This document shows, in pieces, positions 10,370 through 20,528 of a stretch of 63,807 nt of DNA (position 1 is its first letter; every line of letters starts with the position of its first letter). The translations under genes and the position numbers were made by a program. The stretch is from Candidatus Eiseniibacteriota bacterium (lineage in GTDB: Bacteria; Eisenbacteria; RBG-16-71-46), in assembly GCA_044222065.1 (NCBI GenBank), contig JBGAOA010000018.1, positions 1 through 63,807 of the forward strand, written 5' to 3'. The notes beneath the pieces are model-generated. The model saw only the letters and a list, made by a program, of their open reading frames with translations, was not told the origin of the DNA and did no database searches.

Positions 10370-12586
10370 CTAAACGCGCAGCCTCCACGTGCTCCGGCCG
10401 TAGGTCGCGGCGAACAGCAGCCGGTCCTTCGCGTGGAGCGCCAGGTCCACGACCATCACGTTCGGCAGGTTGAGCGACAGGTCGCTCCACGTGCGGCCGA
10501 AGTCCTCGGTCACGAACACACCGGTGTCGTTCGCGACGAACACGCGGCGCGGGTTCGCCGGGTCCACGACGAGCGAGTGGTGCGGCACGTCGGGCAGGCG
10601 GCGGTGGTCGAGATCGGTCCACGTCAGCCCGCCGTCCATCGAGCGGAACACGTGCGAGTGCCCGAAGTTCGCGACCGTCGCCCACAGCACGTCGGCGTCG
10701 CGCGGGTCGGTCGCGAGGCGCGTGATGTCGTGTCCGGGCAGCACCGGGCTCGCGAGGTTCGCGCTCCACGTGTTCCCGCCGTCGAGCGAGCGGAACACGT
10801 TTCCGTTCTCGGTGCCGACGTACACGCGCTTCGGGTTCGCGCGCGCGATCTCGATCGCGCTGATCGGGCTGTCGTCGAGGTGCGGGGACACCGCACGCCA
10901 GTTCGCGCCGTCGTCGAGCGTGCGCCACACGCGCGTCGAGCCCGTGAACACGCGGTCCGGGTCCTTCGGGTCCATCGCGATGTAGCCCATCCACACGCTG
11001 CCGCGCTCGTCCTCGCTCGCCCTGGGCGAGACGTCCTTCGAGCGGCCGTGCCGCTGTCGCGCGATGTCGAGGTTGTAGCACGACGTGTAGAAGTGGCCGG
11101 CGTCCTTCGGGTCGTACACGATCCAGCCGCCGTCGCCGCCCATCAGTTCCTCGTGGTCGTCGGCGCGCCCGGTGCGCGTCGCGAGCGTGCCGTTGTCCTG
11201 CGCGCCGCCGCCGTAGCAGCGGCTGTCGCTCTGCGCGACGTCGAAGTCGTAGTACATGATCGTCGCGAGCCCGTTGCTGCGGTTCTCCCACGTCGCGCCG
11301 CCGTCTTCGCTCGCGTCGAGCCCGCCGTCGTTCGCGCTGTAGAGGCGTCCGGCCGCACGCGCCGGCATCACGAGCGCGTGGTGGTCGGAGTGCGCGTAGC
11401 GCGGTCCGCCGCGGCGCGCGTCCCAGCGCGTCGCGCGCGTCCACGTGCGCCCGCCGTTCGTCGTGAGGTGCAGGTCCACGCCGCCGCACACGATGTGGCC
11501 CGGGCGCTTGGGATGGATCGCGATCGCGCAGTTGTAGGACATCTGCTCTTCGTTCCGGAGCGCGCCCCGCGAGATCTCGCGCCAGCTCTCCCCCGCGTCC
11601 TCGGACAGGTACACGCCGAGTGCCAGGTCCGCCGTGTCGCTCTTCTGGTCGGTGACGAGCGCCGCGATCACGTTCGGCTTCGAGGCGCACAGCGCGAGCG
11701 CCGTGCGCCCGATGCGCTCGGGCGCGGGCAGGCCGCGCGTGAGCTGCGTCCACGTGGCGCCGCCGTCGGTCGTGCGGTAGAGGCCGCTCGCCGCACCCCG
11801 CGTCGTGATCGCGGTGAACATCGTGCCGCGCCGGCGCGGGTGGAACAGGATCGCGTGGCACCAGTACGGGTACTCGCTCGCGTACGGCTCGCGCCGCCAA
11901 GTCACGCCGCCGTCGAACGAGCGGTAGAGCCCGCCCTCGTCGTGCTCGGGGCTCGCGGCGCCGAAGCCGACGCCGCCAAGCGCGAGATGGCGCGAGTCGA
12001 ACGGGTCCACGACGAGCGCGCCGATGTGGCGCGGCACGCCCGCGCGTTCGCACGAGGCGTGCAGGTGCCAGGTCTCGCCGCCGTCGGTCGTGCGGTACAC
12101 GCCGACGCCGCCGTAGCTGTCGAGCGAAAGGTTCGCTTCGCCGGTTCCGGCGTAGAGCAGATCCGGGTCGCGCGGATCGATCGCGAGCGCGCCGACGTTG
12201 AGCACTTCCTCGGAGTGCCACTGCGCGCGCCACGTGCGGCCCGCGTCGTCGCTGCGCCACACGCCGCCGCCCGCGGCGCCGAGCCACAGGCGGTCGGGCT
12301 TCGTGGGATGCACGGCGAGGCAGGTCGCGCGTCCGCCGACGTTCGTCGGGCCCGCCTGCTCCCACTGCGCGGTCACGCTCGCGCGCGGCAGCGAGGCGCG
12401 CGCGGTCGAGCGCGCCGCGATGAGCTTGCCGATCGGCGCCTCGCGCAGCGGCCAGGCGTTGCGCGCACGGAACCACGCGCTGCGCTTCTTGTGCGTCGAG
12501 CGCCGCGCCTTGGGCGGACCCTCGCGGCGCTGCTTCTTCGGACCGCGGACGAACGACTGGATCGGCGGGGATGCGTTGCGCTTCAT
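10370..12586 (-). CDS. BNR/Asp-box repeat, sortilin (VPS10)-like beta-propeller protein
   Basis: 738 aa with many S-x-D-x-G-x-T-W motifs (SDDAGRTW, TTDGGETW, SFDGGVTW...). ATG at 12586 is preceded by GGGAGG. The N-terminal ~60 aa are strongly basic. Confidence 0.8.
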   Translation of the reverse strand: MKRNASPPIQSFVRGPKKQRREGPPKARRSTHKKRSAWFRARNAWPLREAPIGKLIAARSTARASLPRASVTAQWEQAGPTNVGGRATCLAVHPTKPDRLWLGAAGGGVWRSDDAGRTWRAQWHSEEVLNVGALAIDPRDPDLLYAGTGEANLSLDSYGGVGVYRTTDGGETWHLHASCERAGVPRHIGALVVDPFDSRHLALGGVGFGAASPEHDEGGLYRSFDGGVTWRREPYASEYPYWCHAILFHPRRRGTMFTAITTRGAASGLYRTTDGGATWTQLTRGLPAPERIGRTALALCASKPNVIAALVTDQKSDTADLALGVYLSEDAGESWREISRGALRNEEQMSYNCAIAIHPKRPGHIVCGGVDLHLTTNGGRTWTRATRWDARRGGPRYAHSDHHALVMPARAAGRLYSANDGGLDASEDGGATWENRSNGLATIMYYDFDVAQSDSRCYGGGAQDNGTLATRTGRADDHEELMGGDGGWIVYDPKDAGHFYTSCYNLDIARQRHGRSKDVSPRASEDERGSVWMGYIAMDPKDPDRVFTGSTRVWRTLDDGANWRAVSPHLDDSPISAIEIARANPKRVYVGTENGNVFRSLDGGNTWSANLASPVLPGHDITRLATDPRDADVLWATVANFGHSHVFRSMDGGLTWTDLDHRRLPDVPHHSLVVDPANPRRVFVANDTGVFVTEDFGRTWSDLSLNLPNVMVVDLALHAKDRLLFAATYGRSTWRLRV

Positions 12587-12701
12587 GGCGGCCTCCCTGG
12601 GGTTCGGGATTCGGCGGCGGACGCGGCGCAGGGTAGCGCGCGCGTGGCGTGTCGCGCGCGACGAACTTCGCGGCCGCGCGCGACGGCCCGCGTTCGAACG
12701 A

Positions 12702-13415
12702 CTACCACCCCGGCCAGCGCGGCAGGTGCACGAGCACGCCGAGGCGCGCGAGCACGAACGACTGCGCGGGCTCGGTGCGTCCCGGGAACACGCTCAGCCG
12801 CACGTCGCCGAATCCGCTCACGCCGTCGTGCTTCCGGTATTCGCAGCCCGCCCCGAGTTCGAAGCCGGCATCGATTGCGAACAACTCCGCGCCTTCGATC
12901 TGAGTGAAGGTCGTCGTCGCGGTCGAATACGTGATCGCGGGGCGCGAGATGTTCGGCAGCCCGACGCCGACGAGCGCGTACGGCCGCAGTCCCGGCTGGG
13001 TGCCGTGGAAGCGGCCGACGATCATGACCTGCGAGAACAACGCGCGGTCCGACTGGACCGACACCGGGGAAAAGTCCTCACGGAACTTCGACTCGCGGAA
13101 CGGCAGGCGGAAGTCGTCGAGTTCCATTCCCACGTCGCACCACTCGGCCACCGGATGCGAGTAGCCGAACCCCCACCCCGGACGCGTCGAGAAGTACTTC
13201 CACTCGGGCGGGTCGAGCGGCGCGGGCATCGCGCCGCTCACGAACACCCAGTCGCGCTCGCGGTCGCCGTTGTCGGTGTAGACCTTCGTCGGGTAGCGAC
13301 GCTGCGGCGGTTCCCAGCGTGACTGCGCGAGCGAACGCGCCGGCGCGAGAGTGATCAACGTGAACACGAGCGCGCAGGCGAACGCGCGGTTCGGAAGACG
13401 GCGGCGCAGGAACAT
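12702..13415 (-). CDS. Secreted hypothetical protein, possible outer-membrane beta-barrel
   Basis: Start MFLRRRLPNRAFACALVFTLITLAPARSLA (signal peptide). The C-terminal residue is aromatic (W). 237 aa. The ORF-track start further upstream was rejected. Confidence 0.5.
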   Translation of the reverse strand: MFLRRRLPNRAFACALVFTLITLAPARSLAQSRWEPPQRRYPTKVYTDNGDRERDWVFVSGAMPAPLDPPEWKYFSTRPGWGFGYSHPVAEWCDVGMELDDFRLPFRESKFREDFSPVSVQSDRALFSQVMIVGRFHGTQPGLRPYALVGVGLPNISRPAITYSTATTTFTQIEGAELFAIDAGFELGAGCEYRKHDGVSGFGDVRLSVFPGRTEPAQSFVLARLGVLVHLPRWPGW

Positions 13416-13786
13416 GGAGTCCTCGTTCCCGATCGAGGAGTTCGCATCGTCCGGGGGAGCGGCCGGACGGGCGCATCGTAGCCTGCAACCGGCGGGCCGA
13501 CGCAACGCCGCGGCTCGTCCGATCCCGACTGCCAGCCTGACCGCCGGCCTGCCAGAGGCGGCGCGGCCCCGCGCGTCGATGAACGCCAAACCCTCGCCAA
13601 TCGCGGTCCGAACGCTTGTCCGGACTTGGGCACACGCCGTGCAGTCGTGAGCCGGGTTCGGCGCGCGCCGGTTCGCCGCCGAACGCCGGGCGCCCCCGAG
13701 GGGGCGCGACCCGTGGCGACCCGGATGCGATCCGTGCCGCCGCGCCACACCCCTTGCCCCGACCTCAGGGGCCGAGGAGACGAACC

Positions 13787-16150
13787 ATGGATCTCCGATT
13801 CGGGCCGCGTCGCGGCCGAGTCCTTCGCATCGGCGCGACCGAGAACGGCACGCCGCTTTCGACCGGCGCACTCGAACAGTTCGAAGCGTTCGACCTGATC
13901 TACCGCTCGCTGTGCGCGCTGATGTTCAACTACGTGCCGACCTCGGGACACCCGGGCGGCTCGCTGTCGTCGGGCCGGTTCGTGCAGAGCGTGCTGTTCG
14001 ACGCGCTCGACATGGATCCCTCGCGCCCGGCGCGCGACGACGCGGACCTCGTCTCGTACGCCGCGGGCCACAAGGCGCTCGGCCTCTACGCGCTATGGGC
14101 GCTGCGCGACGAGATCCTGCGCCTCGGCGCGCCCGAGCTGCTGCCGAAGCGCATCGAGGAGCGGCTGCGCCTCGAGGACCTGCTCGGCTTCCGCCGCAAT
14201 CCGTCCGCGACGACGCCGCTCTTCCGGGAATTCAGCGTGAAGGCGCTCGACGGCCATCCGACGCCGGCGACGCCGTTCGTGCGGCTCTCGACCGGCGCCT
14301 CGGGCGTCGGCATCGCGTCCTCGATCGGGCTCGCGATCGGCGCGCGCGACACGTACGGCGCCGACGCGCCGCGCGTGCACGTCGTCGAGGGCGAAGGCGG
14401 CCTCACGCCGGGACGCGTCGCGGAAGCGCTCGCGATGGCCGGCACGGCGTCGCTCGACAACGTCGTCGTGCACGTGGACTGGAACCAGGCCTCGATCGAC
14501 TCGAACCGCGTGTGCCGCGACGTGACGATCCCCGGCGACTACGTGCAGTGGACGCCGGCCGAGCTGTTCTACCTGCACGACTGGAACATCGTGCACGTCG
14601 ACAACGGCTTCGACTTCGAGCAGGTGATCGCGGCACAGCGTGCGGCCGCGGAGTTCGAGACCGGCCAGCCGACCGCGATCCTGTACCGCACGGTGAAGGG
14701 CTGGCAGTACGGCATCGAGGGCCGCGCCTCGCACGGCGCCGGCCACGGGCTGTGCTCCGAGGGCTTCTACCGCGCGCTCGAGCCGCTCGTCGGCCCGCAC
14801 GGCGTCGAGCTGCCGAGCTGCAACGGGCTCGCGGCGAAGCGCTGTTCCGGCACGAACGGCGCCGGCGTCATGGAGAACTGCATGTGGGACGCGCTGCAGA
14901 TCGTGCGGCGCGAACTCACGTCGCGCCCCGAGCTCGTGGCGTTCTTCGCCGCGCGGCTCAGGAGTGCCAGGAGCCGGCTCGACGCGCGCGCGCGGAAGCC
15001 GCGCGCGGGCGCTCCGAACGTCGCGGCGATCTACGAGGCCGTGCAGCGCGACGGCGGCGCGACGCCGCCGGAACTCGCGCTCGCGCCCGGCACCGTGACG
15101 ACGCTGCGCGGCGAACTCGGGCGCGCCCTCGCGCGGCTCAACCAGGCGAGCCGCGGCGCGCTGCTCGTGAGCGCCGCCGACCTGCTCGGCTCGACGAGCG
15201 TGAACGCGATCGCCGAGGGCTTCGGCGCCGGGTTCTGGAACGCGCGCACGAATCCCGACGCGCGCACGCTCTCGATCGGCGGCATCTGCGAGGACGCCGC
15301 CGCCGGCATCGGCAGCGGCCTCGGCGCGTTCGGACACCACGTCGGAGTGTCGTCGTCGTACGCCGCGTTCGAGGCGCCGCTCGCGCACATCGCGGCGCGC
15401 CTGCACGCGATCGGCAACCAGGCGCGCGCGTCGGTGGACGAACAGCCGTACCGCCCGATGGTGCTCGTGTGCGCGCACGCGGGGCTCAAGACCGGCGAGG
15501 ACGGACCGACGCACGCCGACCCGCAGGCGCTCCAGCTGCTGCAGGAGAACTTCCCGGTCGGCACGGCGGTGACGCTCACGCCGTGGGACCCGGCCGAAGT
15601 GTGGCCGCTCGTCGCGGCGGCGTTCGAGAAGCGTCCCGCGGTGATCGCGCCGTTCGTCACGCGCCCGAACGAGACCGTGCCCGACCGGGCCGCGCTCAGG
15701 CTCGCGCCCGCGAGCGCCGCGCGCACCGGCGTCTACCGGTTGCGGGCGTCGAGGGGCGAGCCGGACGTCGTGATCGTGCTGCAGGAGAGCGCGGTCGCGA
15801 TGGCGTTCGTGAACGACGTTCTGCCGCGCCTCGACCAGGACGGCGTGGACGCCGACGTGTACTACGTCGCGAGCGCGGAGCTGTACGACCTGCTGCCCGC
15901 GGCGGAGCGCGAGAAGATCTTCCCCGAGCGGCTCGGCTACGAGGCGATCGGCATCACCGGCTTCACGCTGCCGACCATGTACCGCTGGGTGAGAAGCGAT
16001 CGCGGGCGCACGGCGACGCTGCACCCCTACGCGCACGGGCACTATCCCGGGAGCGGCGCGGGACCGGCGGTGCTGCACGAAGCCGGGCTCGACGGCGCGG
16101 CACAGTACGCGGCGATCCGGAAGTTCGTGGACGCGCAGGTGGCGGGCTAG
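13787..16150 (+). CDS. Transketolase-family TPP-dependent enzyme (unusually long, 787 aa)
   Basis: ATG at 13787 is preceded by GAGGAG. The N-terminus has HPGGSLSSG and a TK-like GEGG...DNVVVHVDWNQASID block. Pyrimidine-binding and C-terminal domains are also present. Confidence 0.7.
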   Translation: MDLRFGPRRGRVLRIGATENGTPLSTGALEQFEAFDLIYRSLCALMFNYVPTSGHPGGSLSSGRFVQSVLFDALDMDPSRPARDDADLVSYAAGHKALGLYALWALRDEILRLGAPELLPKRIEERLRLEDLLGFRRNPSATTPLFREFSVKALDGHPTPATPFVRLSTGASGVGIASSIGLAIGARDTYGADAPRVHVVEGEGGLTPGRVAEALAMAGTASLDNVVVHVDWNQASIDSNRVCRDVTIPGDYVQWTPAELFYLHDWNIVHVDNGFDFEQVIAAQRAAAEFETGQPTAILYRTVKGWQYGIEGRASHGAGHGLCSEGFYRALEPLVGPHGVELPSCNGLAAKRCSGTNGAGVMENCMWDALQIVRRELTSRPELVAFFAARLRSARSRLDARARKPRAGAPNVAAIYEAVQRDGGATPPELALAPGTVTTLRGELGRALARLNQASRGALLVSAADLLGSTSVNAIAEGFGAGFWNARTNPDARTLSIGGICEDAAAGIGSGLGAFGHHVGVSSSYAAFEAPLAHIAARLHAIGNQARASVDEQPYRPMVLVCAHAGLKTGEDGPTHADPQALQLLQENFPVGTAVTLTPWDPAEVWPLVAAAFEKRPAVIAPFVTRPNETVPDRAALRLAPASAARTGVYRLRASRGEPDVVIVLQESAVAMAFVNDVLPRLDQDGVDADVYYVASAELYDLLPAAEREKIFPERLGYEAIGITGFTLPTMYRWVRSDRGRTATLHPYAHGHYPGSGAGPAVLHEAGLDGAAQYAAIRKFVDAQVAG

Positions 16151-16185
16151 CCCGAGTTCCGGCGCGACGTCGCGTGAACGACGCA

Positions 16186-16218
16186 CGGCCACTCGCGGAG
16201 CGAATCCGCGGGTGGCCG
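16186..16218. terminator. Hairpin CGGCCACTCGCGGA-gcgaa-TCCGCGGGTGGCCG between convergent genes; candidate bidirectional terminator
   Basis: 14-bp stem with one G-U pair and a 5-nt loop. There is no U-tract. Confidence 0.35.
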
Positions 16219-16259
16219 TTCGCGAAAGCGGTGCGGGCCGCGCGAGCGGCCGACTTCGA

Positions 16260-17207
16260 TCAGCGATAGAGCGTCTTGAGCCGTCCCCACGACGCGGGCT
16301 TCGACGCGACGGCGCCGAACGTGAAGCGCTGGACGCGGTTGTTGCCGTACTCCACGACGTAGAGGTCCCCGTTCGGCGCCACGCACAGGTCGCTCGGCAC
16401 GAACAGCTCGCCGAGCCCGGAGCCCTCGAAGCCGAACGTGCACAGCCACGACCCGTTCATCGCGAACTTCTGGACGCGCCGGTTCCCGGTGTCGCACACG
16501 TACAGGTTGCCGGCGCCGTCGCTCGCAATGCCCTCGGGAGCGAAGAACGGAAGTGGAGTCGACAACTGCGCGAGCCACACGCCGTCCCGCGTCCAGCGCG
16601 AAACGACGTGGTTCCCGATGTCGCCGACGCACACCGTGCCGAGCGCGTCCACGTGGAGTCCGTAGGGTGTGCCGTTCGTGTTCCAGAGCGTCACGACGTT
16701 CAGCGACACGGGGTCCACTCGAACGATCTGGCCGTAATTCGAATTCGCGATGTAGATCTGTCCATCCGCATCCGCGGCGATGTCGGTCGGGTAGTACCAC
16801 CCGCCGAACGGGTTCGTCACGTAACCGAGGAACGTCCCGCTCGTCGTCCATCGTCCGACGTAGTGGCCCTGATTCGCCGACACCCAGACGATGCCGTTCG
16901 AAACGCAGATTCCGGTCGGATAGGCGTAGCCGCGCACGGGATCCACGGGAACGGGCCAGGTGCGAACGAAGTTGCCGTTCGCGTCGAAGACCTGCACCCG
17001 CTCGTTCTGCTGATCGGTCACGTACAGCAGGCCGCCGGGATCCACGGAAATCCCGAACGGACGGTTGAACTCCCCGTTCGCCGTACCGCTGGACCCGAAC
17101 GTCGAGTGGGGCACGGGGCAGGCCGCGGCGAGCGCGAGGGTTGGCGAAGCGAGAAGGACTGCGAAGGCGGCGTTGTAGAGGAGTCGTCGAACGGGCACGG
17201 GGGACCT
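16260..17207 (-). CDS. NHL repeat-containing secreted protein
   Basis: GTG start at 17207 is preceded by AGGAGG. The signal peptide is LLYNAAFAVLLASPTLALAAA. Repeated NHL-like blocks are present (LLYVTDQQNERVQVFD, LYVCDTGNRRVQKF, LYVVEYGNNRVQRF). Confidence 0.75.
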   Translation of the reverse strand, partial: RSPVPVRRLLYNAAFAVLLASPTLALAAACPVPHSTFGSSGTANGEFNRPFGISVDPGGLLYVTDQQNERVQVFDANGNFVRTWPVPVDPVRGYAYPTGICVSNGIVWVSANQGHYVGRWTTSGTFLGYVTNPFGGWYYPTDIAADADGQIYIANSNYGQIVRVDPVSLNVVTLWNTNGTPYGLHVDALGTVCVGDIGNHVVSRWTRDGVWLAQLSTPLPFFAPEGIASDGAGNLYVCDTGNRRVQKFAMNGSWLCTFGFEGSGLGELFVPSDLCVAPNGDLYVVEYGNNRVQRFTFGAVASKPASWGRLKTLYR

Positions 17208-17446
17208 CCTGTTCTCGGGCGGCCGGGCCGCGCGCGGAAGGTCGCACCGACGGCGCCGCGCGGCGGAAACAGCATTCATGCTACCGCCCGGTCGGACGGA
17301 CGTCTCCGGCGAATTACCGGCGGGGCCGACGGGCGCGGCGCCTCGGCAGCCGGGCGTGCCCCGATCCGGGCCGGGTCGAAGGCTCCGGATCGGGCCCGCG
17401 ACCGCTCGCAGGCCATCGCCGCTTCGACCGCGCGACCCGATTCGGC

Positions 17447-18136
17447 TCAGGCCGGCCGCTCGACCGGCCGCCGCGTGCCGCCGTGGAGCAGGGCGAAGAT
17501 GATCGGCAGCTCGCCGAAGTAGAGCGGGAACGCGACTCGATTGACCATCGCCCGGTAGTCGGGGAACGCGATCGTCGTCACGCTCGTGGCGACGTAGGCG
17601 GCGCCTGCGATCCACAGTAGCACGCCGAACGCGCGCGGGAAGTACCCGGACTTGATGACCAGCGTGCCGAACGGGAAGAGCCACAGCCCCCAGAACACCG
17701 ACGCGATCGTGCCGCCCGTGCCGTGCAGCCGGAGTGCTGTGAGCGAGAGCGCCTCGAGCTGTTCGCGCGTGAACACGCTCAGGTAGTCCGCGCCCTTGAG
17801 GAGCAGAAGCGGCACGAACTCGTTCAGCACGTTCGCGAACGAGATCGTCACCCCGACCGCGACGAGCAGGACCATGCGCAGCGACTGCGTCTCGTCCACG
17901 CCGCGGAAGAGCCGGTGCAGGCTCGCGACGAGGTAGACGAACAGCACGAGCGTCAGCATGCCGGCGAGCACGGTGAGCCGGTACGTCGACTCGCCCGCGA
18001 GGAGGTTGCGCGCGGTGGCGGCCGCGTCGCCCCGCACGAGGACGTCGGGCAGCACGAACTCGCGGATCACTCCGAAGACGGCGAACACGAAGTAGAGCAG
18101 CCCGGCCTTGCGCGCGGCGCGAATCGTGGACGACAT
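17447..18136 (-). CDS. DUF4386 family membrane protein
   Basis: 229 aa with four predicted TM segments. The N-terminus MSSTIRAARKAGLLYFVFAVFG matches the DUF4386 pattern. Confidence 0.65.
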   Translation of the reverse strand: MSSTIRAARKAGLLYFVFAVFGVIREFVLPDVLVRGDAAATARNLLAGESTYRLTVLAGMLTLVLFVYLVASLHRLFRGVDETQSLRMVLLVAVGVTISFANVLNEFVPLLLLKGADYLSVFTREQLEALSLTALRLHGTGGTIASVFWGLWLFPFGTLVIKSGYFPRAFGVLLWIAGAAYVATSVTTIAFPDYRAMVNRVAFPLYFGELPIIFALLHGGTRRPVERPA

Positions 18137-18232
18137 GGCGGCACTCCGATCCCGGCGGGAGGACGAAAGCGAGCGGCCCGCCGGCTCGAGTGGCGCCGGG
18201 CAGGCGGGCCGCGGTCGGCGGCGATGAGGGCT

Positions 18233-18550
18233 CTACGGCCGGTCCGACGGAGGGGTTTCGGGGCCGGGCGCCGTGGCCGCGGGCCGGCCGAAGCGCGCCC
18301 GCGACCGCTCGCGCGCCTTCGAGGCCTCGAGCGCGCGATCGCGCGGCGGGGCCGTCGTGACGAGCGCGGCGAGCAGCTCGCGGGTCGCCTCGCTCACCCG
18401 CTCGACCGCACGATCGAAGGCCGCTTCGTTCGCTTTCGAGGGCTTCGTGGACCCCGAGAGCTTGCGCACGTACTGGAGCGCCGAGGCGCGGATCTCGTCC
18501 TCGGTCGCGGGAGGCGAGTAGTTGTGGAGCGTGCGGATGTTCCGGCACAT
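18233..18550 (-). CDS. DUF2277 domain-containing protein
   Basis: The N-terminus MCRNIRTLHNYSPPATEDEIRASALQYVRKLSG is characteristic of DUF2277. 105 aa. Confidence 0.65.
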   Translation of the reverse strand: MCRNIRTLHNYSPPATEDEIRASALQYVRKLSGSTKPSKANEAAFDRAVERVSEATRELLAALVTTAPPRDRALEASKARERSRARFGRPAATAPGPETPPSDRP

Positions 18551-18755
18551 GTTCGGGTCCTCTTGCGCGTGGCGGGCTCAGACCGCCCGCGGGACAGGAA
18601 GGCGACGGGCGTCGTCGATCATCGGAAGCGCGACCGGACGGATCGTCCGCCCGGCAGCAGCAGCGCGGACGCGAGCGGCACTCGCGAGTCGCGAGGAGCG
18701 CACCGGGCGGCGTTCCCCCCCGAGTCCGAACGTCATCGCCGCGCCGCCACGAGCG

Positions 18756-19187
18756 TCAAGGGGTTCGAACGCGCGACGCCGAAGCGTGGCGGCCTACGCG
18801 GCCCTGCTTCAGGTCCTCGCAGCGCCCGATCAGCGAATCGCCGCGCGCTTCGAACACCCAGCGGATGCGCACGCGCGCGTTCGAGAAGAACGAGTGCCAC
18901 GTGTGCGCTTCCGGCGCACGGGTGAAGTCCATCGTTCCCATCAGCGCGGGCTCGCCGTTCACGTACTTGTAGGCGTCGAGCGTCACGTGGGCCGCCTGGC
19001 CGGGGGTCCGCCGGAAGTCGTAGAGCACTTGCTCGTCGTTGCAGGCCGAGTTCCACGGCTCCTTCACGCACAGCGACACGCCGCGCCAGCGGCCGAGCAG
19101 CTCCGCACGCGCGTCGCCGGGCTTCGGCGCGGACGCGGGGGTCGCCGCGAGCAACACGATCAGTGCGAGTGCGGTGCTTCCGGCCAT
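18756..19187 (-). CDS. Hypothetical secreted protein
   Basis: 143 aa. Signal peptide MAGSTALALIVLLAATPASA. Confidence 0.45.
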   Translation of the reverse strand: MAGSTALALIVLLAATPASAPKPGDARAELLGRWRGVSLCVKEPWNSACNDEQVLYDFRRTPGQAAHVTLDAYKYVNGEPALMGTMDFTRAPEAHTWHSFFSNARVRIRWVFEARGDSLIGRCEDLKQGRVGRHASASRVRTP

Positions 19188-19248
19188 CGCGGATCTCCCT
19201 TCGGACTCCTCGACGACGACGCGCCGTTCCGCGTGTCGTCACGGACGC

Positions 19249-20528
19249 TCACTTCGCGGATGCCTCCGGCGGAGCGAGCACGAGCCGCATCCTGTCGAAG
19301 TCGAACGTCACGCGCCAGTCCCGAAAGAACGCGTGCGACACGATGCCGGCAATGCGGTAGCCGAAGGCGCGCTCGAGGAACGACGGAAACGGACCGAAGA
19401 GCCCCGCGAGCTCGGCCGCCTTCGCGCCGCCGAGTTCGAAACGCGAGACCGGGAAGAATTGCACGCGCATGCTGCCGCCTCCGCCCATGCCGCTCGGCGC
19501 AGCGCTCGTGTCGGGCACGGCAATGCCGGATTCAAGGAGCGCCGATGCGGGCGCGGTGATCGCAGCGCCCGCGAGGCCCGTGTCCACGAACCACAGCGCT
19601 TCGGGCGCGTCGTTCATGCGCCCGCGCGCGAGCACGAAGTGGTCGCCCGCGAGCCACATCGGAACGACGACGTCCCCCGAGTCGGATGCGGACGGCTCGC
19701 GCGCGCGGCGTTCGAGCACGAGCTTCCCGCCCGGGTAGTCCAGCGTCGCGAGGAAGCGCATGAGCACGCGCGTGCCGAGGATGCCGGCGACGCGCTTGCC
19801 GCCGGCGGCCGCCGAGAAGCGGCTGCAGTCGAGCAGCGTCGCGGGCAGGTCGCGGATCGTGACGTCCCCGAGCGCCAGCGCGCCGATGCGCGACAGTTCG
19901 ACGTCGCGCTTCCGGCCGCCGCCAAAGGTGCCACTCTGCGCGCCGAAGCGCGGAGCGCCGAGCGAGTCCGCGATCACAGGGTCCACGAGCAACTCCCCGC
20001 CGCCGGTGTCGATCAGGAAGTAGAACGGCCCCCGCCCCTCGAGGCGCGCCTCGACGAGCGGCAGCGGATCGGTGCGCACGAACCGCACTTCCGCGCGCTC
20101 CGGACCCTCGAGTCGATACGGCACGACGCCGGCGAACGAGGCGAGCTGGCGCGCAAAGGGCTCGCGTCCGAGGTCGCTCGCGAGCTCGACGGCGCCCGCG
20201 AAGTCCAGCTCGCGCGTGCGGGCTTCGAGCAGCAGCGCGCGCGCCGAGACGAGATCGGGCCGCTTCGCGAGCAGCGGCTCGAGCAGCGCGCGCGCGCCGC
20301 GCGTGTCGTTGCGCAGCAGCCGAAGCGCCGCGAGGCGGACGGGGCGCAGCGTGTCGCGCGCGCTCGCGCGCCGCGCTTCGAAGGCGCGTTCGGCGAGTTC
20401 GAAGCGCCCCGACACGAACAGCGATTCGGGGTCCTGCGGTTCCGCGGCGGCGCTCGAGCGGCCGACCGCCGGCGTGGCGAGCACGAGCGCCACGACGATC
20501 GGCAGCACGCTTCGGACTCGGAAGTTCA
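19249..20528 (-). CDS. Secreted retropepsin/pepsin-like aspartic protease (two DTG lobes)
   Basis: Start MNFRVRSVLPIVVALVLATPAVG (signal). There are two catalytic-type motifs, FLIDTGGGELLV and WFVDTGLAGAAI. 426 aa. Confidence 0.7.

Noticed and set aside
10433-12907. 824-aa plus-strand ORF antisense to the BNR/sortilin gene
   Set aside because: Low-complexity Arg/Ala/Val translation. The opposite strand encodes a protein with clear repeated Asp-box motifs and a strong RBS.
13912-16269. 785-aa plus-strand ORF in an alternate frame of the transketolase-like gene
   Set aside because: The frame is Arg-rich nonsense. The 13787-16150 frame carries recognisable TPP-enzyme blocks.
16260-18548. 762-aa ORF extending the NHL-repeat gene to 18548
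   Set aside because: The NHL protein has an RBS-supported GTG start at 17207 followed by a signal peptide. Upstream in-frame sequence overlaps the DUF4386 and DUF2277 genes and is Arg/Gly/Pro-rich.
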